A DNA stretch of 38,070 nucleotides from Sphaeroforma arctica JP610 (taxonomy: Eukaryota): assembly GCF_001186125.1 (NCBI RefSeq), contig NW_014039925.1:16142-54211 (forward strand), written 5' to 3'. Both the position numbers and the translations under genes were made by a program. Shown here piece by piece: positions 11,219-21,039 of the stretch; the first letter of the stretch is position 1; each line of letters opens with the position of its first letter. The notes beneath the pieces are model-generated. The model was not told the DNA's origin, searched no databases, and was given only the letters and a program-made list of their open reading frames with translations.

Positions 11219-14200
11219 TCAGTGCAATGCCGAGAGTGCCTCCCCAACACTACGCCCTGGCAAATCAAGCGTTTCTCCCGGCTTCAATTCGCACACATTG
11301 ACCGTCTTGGACGTCACCAGCTTCTTCAGCTCGGCAGGGGTGCCCGCGAGTAAGGGGAAGGTACCGAAATGCATAGGAACAACGATGTTCACAGACTTGA
11401 GCAGGTTGTTGATTGCGTATGCCGCCCCACGTGGTCCCATGGTGTAGTGGTCGCCGATGCTGAGCAACGCTACATCGGGGCTGTATAGGTCCGAGATCAC
11501 CTTCATGTCTCCGAACACGTCTGTGTCACCTGAGTGATAGATGCGGTGGCCTAATATACGCCCCCCCATACACATCCCCCACAGATTGAATAAATAAATA
11601 GATAGTCGAATGTTGAGTTTCGGATAGCAGGATATGATATGAGGCTTGTGGACACGGATGGTTTGAAAAGCGATACAAACAGACCCACCGGATGAAGTAC
11701 ATCGGTCCATACGCCTATGCATGGGAGTGCTACACCCAGATGTAAAGGACGAGGGTTCTCAATATGTTCCGTTGACGTTTTGTACCACCTGAGTGGTGCA
11801 TGCGCAGCCCTCTATGTAGAGTGGGTCTAAAGCTAACACCGCTGAATACGTCACGTGCGTATATCCAGCTACACATACGATTGTATTCCACCCGGCAACG
11901 GGCCTTCACAATTCTCTCACTACGAAAACATACACTGTGTACACGTTTTCTGACATCACAGACTATTGTGCAACCCTCTATGTAGCGAGGATTTGAGGGC
12001 CAATGATTTCTGACTACTTCACATGTGTGCCTATATTCAGCTACACACACGATTGTACTCCACCCGGCAATGGGGGGCTACTGGAGCGAGCGATGTGTTC
12101 ACAACTAGCATGAGCACGAACACGGGCCCTCATGCAAATACCGAACTTCACGATTCTCTTACTATGAAAACATGTGGTGTGCACACGTTTTCTAATACCA
12201 CACACCATTGTGCAACCTCTTTCGTACAGCGCAGGCAGCGCTATACACGTGGTGAATACGACATACCATTGAGAACCAATGCTGCAGCATGACATGCCAC
12301 ACAACCCTCCCAGTATCACATTCTATTCCAAAGTCTACCTCACACCAGACACCATTCCAACAAGGCACCAATATCAACCGCATGTAGCGGCGTCCAAGTG
12401 TCAACAGTGTACATACCATTGGGCAAGTGGACCACCCAGCCAGCCGCTGCACCTCCGACCTGTAAGGGATGTTCCGATCCACACCCACCTATAAATAGCA
12501 ATAGCATTAAACTCGTTCAGCGAAGAAGAAGACAAGACACAACATCCGTGTGCTGTGCCTATGGCTGTGCTGTCAATAGGACTGGACTGACCATAACGCA
12601 GTCATTCCGGGACAGCTCGTTTACATGGTCTGATGGGGAGATGTGCCCGTGTGGCGTGTAGACTGAATGCGTGTGATATGGCAGCTATGACTCACGACCT
12701 TGCACACGAGTGATTTAATGTGCAGGTATGCACACGCCCTACACATGTAATCTTGAACGCATATGGTTTGTAGGTGCTCGATAGGTTTACGCTTATTTGC
12801 TCTATAGTGACTTGGTAATTTGTAGAACGTACGGACCATACCTCAACTGCACACTGTGTGTTATGTGTCACATATAACCATACCTTAACTGCACACTGTG
12901 TGTTATGTATCACATATAACCATACCTCAACTGCACACTGTGTGTTATGTATCACATATAACCGTGCATGTGTATACGCGAGTAGATGCCAAGTTCGCTA
13001 CATGCTTGAGATGTATAATTTACAAACGACTACAACGTGATAGTTTGTATGTCTGAGGTTGAGACACTTTAATGTGCGATAGAGTATGCGTATACTATGT
13101 GCAAGTAACTGTGGTTTTGTACGGTTTCTACAACCCTTATATGACTTTCACCATCGCTGCATGGACAACTGCACACATACTTCTATACCCATCCAGGCGG
13201 TCGCCCCTACACACATGCACATACACACACACACGCACATACACACACACATGCACATACACACACACATCTGCAATTTCCAGGTATACTACATAATACA
13301 TACATTCCTTATGTACTATGAATCCGTGACAGATACAACTATGACCTCAACTGAGTGCACTGCTTGTGTCATAGTAGGTATACTGCATATTATATACATG
13401 CACTATGTACTATGAATGCGTATACTACATATTATATACATATATTATGTACTATGAATGGGTATACTACCTATTATATACATGCATTATGTACTATGAA
13501 TGGGTATACTAAATATTATATACATTCATTATGTACTATGAATGGGTATACTACATATTATATACATTCATTATGTACTATGAATGCGTATACTAAATAT
13601 CATATACACTCATTATGTACTATGAATCCGTGAAAGATACAACTATGAACTCACCCGAGTGCACCGCTTGTGTCATAGTGGCCTGGCATCCGTTTCCAAG
13701 GTCTGCCGTGCCGCCTATATTCATGCCCACTATTTGCTCATCCGCCACTCCCTCGCCCTTCAGGTAGAACGACACCTCGTGTATACAGTACACTGTGAGT
13801 ACATAACAAAGTAGTTAGTAATAGTATAGCTCTTAGAGTACATAACAAAGTAGTTAGTAATAGTATAGCTCTTAGAGTACATAACAAAGTAGTTAGTATG
13901 CCTAGGACAGTTGTCATGAGTGTGTGCGGAGCATTGTCAGTATTTATAAGATGAGGAAAGGTAGTTTCCTCTCTGTTTGTTTACCCCTGAATTGTTGTTT
14001 TGTGTATGCAAGGATGATTTCACAAGAACGCGCAGACTCATAAATTTAAATGATAACTCGTTTGTGGAAATAGTGGCTTGCCAAAGTGCACGTTCAGCTA
14101 AATCCCCAATAGTATACTTTAGGATAAAAGTAAGCCTGCTATCTCAATATCCAGTCCACTACCCAAAAACAGAACGAATCACTATCCATTTAGTAGATAC

Positions 14201-16925
14201 TGACCCTCGAGCAGAGCCATACCTCTACGTAAAGCACAGACTGAACTGGCACGGACATAGGCTGATTGGTCAAGCGCTTCGCCTAGTGCTTTTGGCTGAA
14301 TGGCCCCTCGTTATAGTATAAACGTAAAAACGTTGAAAGACATACGCAACAATCCATGGACTGAACTATAGTAATTACGATAGAACGGTGTGTCTAGAGG
14401 CATGCACGGCCAGTACAATGGGCTATGCATGTTCCGATGACGGTTGCAGAAGAAGTATTGTCCATCCACACCCCTTAAACAATGCACACGAATGCTTATC
14501 GTCAGACCTCTTTACGAATACGAAACTCACCCTGGGCCTTAAACTTCTTGGCGAGCATCGCCGCATCACCCACGTGGTCGAAGTGACCATGACTGATCAG
14601 AATGACATCCACCTGGGCGGTGGTAGAAAGCGATAGCAAAACGGTAGGTGAGTGGATATTGGTCAGAGTAAACGGTAGATGAGTGGATATTAGTTGCAGT
14701 AAACGGTAGGTAAGTGGATATTGGTCAGAGTAAACGGTAGCTAAGTGGCTATTAGTTGCAGTAAACGGTAGGTAAGTGGATATTGGTCAGAGTAAACGGT
14801 AGGTAAGTGGATATTGGTCAGAGTAAACGGTAGGTAAGTGGATATTGGTCATAATAGCATTTCCCTGTGTGATGATTTACCACGTGAAAGATATTCAGTT
14901 GTGAATTGAGAGTTGTTTTGAATGGCAATAGGTGTACAAGTGTATTGTGTGTTTGTTTGTGTACTAAAATACCTCACGTTGAGCCTAAGCGATTTACTTG
15001 TACGCTGAGATCCGCATCGCATCAGTCTAGATAGCAATCAACGCACTACACACTTGACCCGGCTAATTGAACCATACAGTAGTCTATTCATGCGACTAGC
15101 GATAAACGTACTAACTAACAAAACGACAGCAGCATTCAGCATTGAGGATAGAGCTGGAACAAATCAGTAAACGTATTACATGGTACATATAGTGCCGAAC
15201 AGTAAGTCATGCAATACAAATAACGACAAACCTCTTGTGAAAGTATGAATACATGCACAAGTTGTTTGGGAGTGTATGTACACTTGTAGGACAACATTGG
15301 ATACGCCTGTGCATAGAATCCAACATACATGACGAGGTTTGTAGAGACCATACAAGTTAGCACCATATGTTTCGAATACCCTGTACATCACACCCGCCCA
15401 CTCTGTATAGATGACACACCCGGCCACTCTACATAGATAAACACCCGCCATTAAAACACTCTCTCGCGCATCGTTCTTACGCATACCTTAGTCAGTGTGT
15501 CAATGGCGCCTTCGGGTGCTTTGGGATTGTTCAGCCAGGGATCGATGAGAATCACAAACCCCTTAACTGAGATGGAAAAGGCCGCTGTAGGTTTGGGTAT
15601 CGCATACGATGGATAAGTGCAAGTGATGGTACTGAAAAAGATAGAACACGTGTTACATGGGATCTGAAATAGGAATACTAGCAGTCGTTGCACTATTAGG
15701 GACCAATACATGAACACCTTACGGGTACTAACATCTGTTCGTGTACGTCACATACGCTCATACACATATCCCATGATGGTCACGTGAAGCCATATCGTAG
15801 AAATAAACGGATGGGGTTAGATACCAGTAATCGATCGAATTCCTACATATGGGTTAAGTTGACGTGCAACTTTAATCCCCACAGCAAGAACCCAACAAAA
15901 GCCAAGAGTCACACAACAGCGCTTGACAGGAACCGCGTATAGGTGCGCATAAGAGCGTGGTCAAATAGAGCTACCTCTCTCACGCACTATATATAGAGAT
16001 GCTCGGCAATTAGAGATTCACTGCAGTGTGTTGTATATCGATAGAAAACCCTAAACTCGGATATGAGTACGAAATGCCAATCCACACGTGAATTTTGATG
16101 GCTATGTATGATGCACGCAGGACCAGAATCGTCCGGAGTGGTTAACTCCACGATTTATATAGTATTTAGCTCACACTGCATATTGCTTTGCATACATATT
16201 CGTAACCTCGATTTTTGTTTTAAAGTCTCGATTTACGTCACAACTAAAACTAAACTGTGTATGAAGCCAATTACACACCGCGCCATACGAGAATACATAT
16301 TGTGTCATTTTACTTGTCTGCTGAGGCTGTAGGTGTCGTAGAATATCAATACTGTGTGCAAACACATAATAAAAATAAATATCGATTGACCGTGACAACA
16401 CTATGTGCACCGACCAATGGTAGTACGATATCTTTCAAACCCAGCCGTTATCTTTCAAGTCCCGCCGACGTCTCCTGTAGAATCCTCGTGTATTTGCGTG
16501 TTTGTGGTTCGTGGCGAGGTCGTTAATGTGGTAGCGCGCAACCATACAAGACACGACAGTAATTCCAAATTTTGTATATACTTGTTGATGGTTTCTGGAA
16601 ATTGGCACACGCATCGAACTGTACTCCTCACAGCTCGTTTTTTCTTTTGGATTGAGCTAAACACGCAAGTATTGTAATATTTTAAGAATATAACAGACAC
16701 CTGGCCACAGCATACCAGTGCAGCACATTTAAATTTAAAAACGGACCATAACCAATGTTACAAGCCTTTAACACACGTCGCTATGATTTTCAAACATTAT
16801 ACGAGTCTGGACTAGCTTACACTACTGGCAAAGTAAAAGCATACACGCAGAGTTTAATTGCAGAGAGAACAGATCAACAAAATACCATGGCCGAGGAATT
16901 GAATCGTGACATCGGAGTTTGACAT
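11219..16925 (-). CDS. UPF0173/YtkL-like metal-dependent hydrolase (metallo-beta-lactamase fold); exons 16925-16886, 15584-15487, 14612-14531, 13792-13655, 12488-12417, 11550-11219 (762 nt, 253 aa)
   Basis: Spliced product: MSNSDVTIQFLGHAAF..ILIDPWL..ILISHGHFDHVGD..GMNIGG..AVHS..IYHSGDT..YTMGP..VPMHFGTFP. It has the full HxHxDH motif and the other metal ligands. All five introns are GT-AG with consistent phases. Confidence 0.92.
12835..12963. repeat. 42-bp tandem repeat x3 (intronic)
   Basis: ACCATACCTCAACTGCACACTGTGTGTTATGTRTCACATATA repeated. Confidence 0.9.
13376..13630. repeat. 42-bp minisatellite x~6 (intronic)
   Basis: TATACTACATATTATATACATKCATTATGTACTATGAATGSG units. Confidence 0.9.
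13797..13898. repeat. 39-bp tandem repeat x~2.6 covering the branch point of the hydrolase exon 4 acceptor
   Basis: GAGTACATAACAAAGTAGTTAGTAATAGTATAGCTCTTA repeated; ACTAAC on the minus strand. Confidence 0.88.
14638..14850. repeat. 31-bp minisatellite x~7 (GTAAACGGTAGGTAAGTGGATATTGGTCAGA)
   Basis: Tandem copies lie next to the hydrolase exon 3 acceptor. Confidence 0.92.
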
Positions 16926-17271
16926 GTTGCTTGATATGTGCGGGTACGGGAAGCGCAGTATATTTAAATAACGAATTCACAGTGGTGGGCTGTGGTCAGT
17001 GGTGTTTGACTGTTTTTGTTGTTGATTTCCGATTTACTTTTATGCTCTCTACCAGTGAAAGTGAGTATTTTTGAGAGAGGTTGTAGATTCTAGAAAATGG
17101 TGTTCCCTGACCTAGCCCGCCAAAATGACAATGTTTCTATATAAAGTAAAGTAGAGTATCGTATCTAAAATTCTAATACGTTTTTCCGTTGCTCCTTTCG
17201 GCTGGGCCCGCGGAGGTCTCCAGTACTCAGTCGAGAATCGCGCTAGCTTATCCAGTTGGGAGCTAAAAAAA

Positions 17272-17344
17272 TGGAGAATGAGAGAATCGAACTCCCGACT
17301 TCGTGCATGCAAAGCACGCACTCTACCAACTGAGTTAATTCCCA
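17272..17344 (-). tRNA. tRNA-Ala (anticodon UGC), possibly damaged at position 1
   Basis: TGGGAAT TA ACTC AGTTGGTA GAGT G CGTGC TTTGCAT GCACG AAGTC GGGAG TTCGATT CTCTC ATTCTCC A folds as a cloverleaf. It has the G3:U70 Ala identity pair, A73 and a T7 Pol III terminator at 17271-17265, but a U1:C72 mismatch. Confidence 0.9.
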
Positions 17345-18870
17345 TATGGTTGTGGGCTCAAATTTATGTTTAAGAATGCGGAGGCCAACGAGGTGGCAGA
17401 GGCAAGCTCGAGATTCTTCATGCTGTACATAAGAGAAGGTTTGTCGAAAAGCCACTCGACATTGCCAGAATCGCGGACCATGGCAGGAACTACCTCATCA
17501 ACATAAACGACAAGAATAAATCGCGTTCAGAGTGAAGCCAGTTGTATTCGTCCTGTTTGCTATGTATAAATCCGAGGTGACATAATGTGCGGCCTATGTC
17601 CTGATTCCAAAGCCGGCCGGCTTGCTTGAGGCCGTAAAGGCTACGGAAGAGTCTGAGAATCTTATTGGGTGCGTAGTGGTCCAGCTCAACGTTACCCTTC
17701 GATGGAAACATGTAAACCGGGGTGTCAAGCTTGGCGTATTGGTAGGCGGTATTTAAATCGAAATGATGTACCGACCGATTTTGGAATGCTGCGGTAGCAA
17801 GGAAGGTACGGAGAGTAGAGGACGATGCGGTAGGGGCAAAAGTGTCCCAAAATAAGTCCCCGTGGAGTTGTTCATCTCCACGGGCGACCATGCGGGTCTT
17901 ATAAACTGTTAAATCGCCATTTTCATCATGTTAACTGGTAAAAGCATACTTGGAATGGATGATTTTGGCGGTTGAGGGGACATCAGATAGAGGAATGGCA
18001 TCGGCGAGGCTATTGCGGTCGTGAGCGGCTCGCTCCCGATCGATGGCGTCAGACCAGAAGTATCAGTCGGGAGGCTTGGATCTAAATCAACGGCATCTGC
18101 AAGTGTGAACTCAGGCTTTGTTGTAGAGATGAATGATTTGATTCGATGTTTGAGTTGGTGAATACGATAAGCTAGACGGCGTTGCTGGGATGAATTCATA
18201 CGGCGGGAGAGAGTACGGCAAGGTACATTGGTCGGCGCACAGGATAAATGATCAGCTGGGATGAGGGGGATTTGTGCGCGTAGGGCGGCGGGTTCGGAAT
18301 CAAAGAAGTCAGCGTTGGGACCGGGGGCATATACTGGAGTTGTGACGGGCGTATAAAATGCTGCGAGGTTAGAGTCGAATCCAAAAGCATGAGTGACGTC
18401 GAGATTATCGTGGGGAAAGGGTATAGGGGAAGGGGGAGGTGGTATATGGGAATTGTGTGTAGTAGCGGAGGGGCTGGGTTTGTGGAGAAGAGGTATAGTG
18501 GAGGGGGGAGGTGATATATAGGAATTGTGTGTAGTAGTGGAAGGGCTGGGGTTGCGGAGAAGAGATATAGGGGAAGACGGAGAGTATATTGTGATGGCGT
18601 GATGAGGGGGTGGTTGGATGGGAATGGGAGTCGGCGGGGGTGGTTGGATGGGAATGGGAGTCGGCGGGGGTGGTATGGTGTGACTATGGAGAAGAGGAAT
18701 GGGAGTGGGCAGTGGGGGGTGTGGTATGTACTAAGGGTATTGGGGAGGGGGGGGGGGGTCTGTTGTGTTGAGAGGGTATTTGAGAAGGGAAGGGCATACC
18801 ACTTCGGGTTATCGTATGCGGAGATGCAGTGGAGTCGGTACTGTCAGAACTTGTTGGGGTGGTGGGGCTA
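17345..18870 (-). mobile_element. Degenerate Ty1/copia LTR-retrotransposon pol fragment (RVT_2 reverse transcriptase plus upstream Pro/Ser-rich linker)
   Basis: YKTRMVARG..DTFAPTA..HHFDLNTAY..VYM..RSLYGLKQAGRLWN (17490-17905), with a frameshifted YVDE motif. The extent beyond about 17950 is inferred from composition. No LTR seen. Confidence 0.88.
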
Positions 18871-18875
18871 ACTGA

Positions 18876-20208
18876 GTGGGGACAAGGGGGGGGGCGTGGG
18901 CTGCACTTATATCAATAAATCAAAACAAACAAACACAAAACCCACGTGTACACACACTCTCTCTCTTTGTAGAGATAGATGGCAAGTCTATCACGTCGCT
19001 CAAAGCGGTACCCACACATATATCACTACTCAGACCACAATTAGAGAACAAGGTCTGCTATGTAGATGCTTCCTCTTTAGTTCACTTGACTATGGAACGG
19101 TGCACACGAAATAACTTTATAAATTCACTATAGATTGCACACGGGATCCATGTCCACAACAATGGGGGAGGGGGGGGGGGGGGGAAGTAACAGAGCCGCG
19201 TACACAGGAAAAATCAACATATTTAGTCTATTCAACAGTACCTGCAGCAATATACTTGGCTGTACTCCAGTCTACGTATTCGACGGTGATGTACCTCCAG
19301 CGAAACAGAAGGAGAAAGAAAAATGCACAGATGACGCGAAGAAAGCATTTTCCGAATTTTGAGAGCTGGATGGTAAAGGCCTGGCGGCAACGAAAGAAGG
19401 TATGAAAACGCTTTTGGCTGCGTGCATACGAACCTGGCAACAAACACGTATTGGTATAAGCAGTTGTGTAACCATGCGATGTGAGAAGTGGATTGCACCC
19501 TATGAAGCGGATGTTCAAATCATCTACTTATGTAGATTATCAAATAGAGAATGCTTTGTAGCATGTATATATTCCGACTTCTTAGTATATGAAGGTGGCG
19601 TAGACATTTGTTTTGGTCTGATCAATGAAGCTGCGAAGTATATGCTATCGTCTTTTATAATCTGTATGTTTTCTTATGATCACAGAAGACAGTTTCTTGA
19701 CACTGAGCACCTGACGGATGCTATGTTTCTTGCAAGAGCTATCCTAAAAGGATGTGATTACATCAGACACCTGTACTCTTCGAAGGGGCCGGGGCCATTG
19801 TTTCGTATTCGAGTAGATAATTTATTAGTTAATATGAAGATGCATCTTAGTGACGCAAACAGAGAGTACGACGACGATGAAATGCTGAAAGCATTAAAAG
19901 CATGTCTCACGTCCGACAAGTATGTGCCGTGTGTGCGGTCATTTCGCCTGGCTTTGAATGCATTTAGGAATGCGTGAGTGTTTGATATCTCGGGTACTAA
20001 ATGTATCACCTTGAGAGGAGAAGACAGTCCAAAGGATGGATGTGTAGGAATTACTGGACACAATATAGACGACAGCGTCGCATTTGCATACAGTTCAGGA
20101 GAGTCCAATCCCATCAAGAAAATCCCTGAGGTTCTTGAAGATTTCGGTGTTTGTCCAATACCAGATGGTTTTAGACATACGTATGTTGCGGTTGCTAAAG
20201 TAGATTAG
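18876..20208 (+). pseudogene. Disrupted Exo1/XPG/FEN1-family (PIN-fold) 5' nuclease
   Basis: Ordered motifs HIS..KVCYVDASSLVH, PVYVFDG..PPAKQKE, APYEADVQ, SDFLVY, AILKGCDY..KGPG, ALNAFRNA*VFD. In-frame stops at 19360 and 19975, and a frame change near 19133. Confidence 0.85.
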
Positions 20209-20314
20209 TATCGTTATCCGGTTGTAACAAAGGGTACGATGTTGGAGTTTTTTTTTTGCTTTGCTACGTACGAGAAGGGCCAAACCAGAACGGCTTCCCA
20301 TGTAGCTGAGCCTA

Positions 20315-20968
20315 ATGAGAAGGCGAACACTGCAGTCAGAGCTGCTAAATCTCTGTCTAAGTATAAGTGGGTGCAGTTGTGTTTTTCAGACTGTATTTCA
20401 CGCTAATCATGAAACCTCAGTCACCGGACGAATACCTAGATCACAATTTCAAAATTTGACGCAGGCATATGCTAATATTGCTTTAAATAACGAAGGTAAA
20501 TATTATGTTAAGAAAGGTTACTGCGTGTGTCCGTTATGTATCGAAGGGAAGTGCGTGCACGTGGCAGCACTGATATGGAGTACGGCGCAACAGGGTGCCA
20601 GGACTCGAGCAAATAAGCTTGAGAAATATCGCCATGATTCAGCCGTGACGAAAGCACCAAACGGTGAATCAGATGATGAAAATGTTGTGTGTACCAGTAG
20701 ATTAGGCAATTGGGTCATACCATCAGGTAACGAAAAGATGGACTTGAGAATGGACCCCCACACAATTGCCGAGAGACAAGATGCGTTCGTACAACAAAGT
20801 GATGAAGCGAATACAGAACCCGATATACGGAAGCGGAAAGTACGCGAAGGCCTATGTCAGAAACAGTACTTAAAGGAGTGTATGAAATTTTCTGGATCCT
20901 TTATCGTATGCTGGGACACCGGAGGCGTTCGTAGTCATGCGCAACAATCATATAAAGCTGATAGATGA
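20315..20968 (+). CDS. SWIM zinc-finger ORF of transposon accessory-protein type, probably the C-terminal part of the Exo1-like frame
   Basis: GYCVCPLCIEGKCVHVAALIW (CxC..CxH SWIM) followed by VCTSRLGNWVIP, resembling the SCTS..C.W..P motif that follows SWIM in ISL2EU/Harbinger accessory proteins. Confidence 0.72.
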   Translation: MRRRTLQSELLNLCLSISGCSCVFQTVFHANHETSVTGRIPRSQFQNLTQAYANIALNNEGKYYVKKGYCVCPLCIEGKCVHVAALIWSTAQQGARTRANKLEKYRHDSAVTKAPNGESDDENVVCTSRLGNWVIPSGNEKMDLRMDPHTIAERQDAFVQQSDEANTEPDIRKRKVREGLCQKQYLKECMKFSGSFIVCWDTGGVRSHAQQSYKADR

Positions 20969-21039
20969 TGTGGCAGAATTTTATAAACTAAATTGATTTA
21001 GGTTGAATAAAAAATATCGTTCACACATCACGTCAAACA

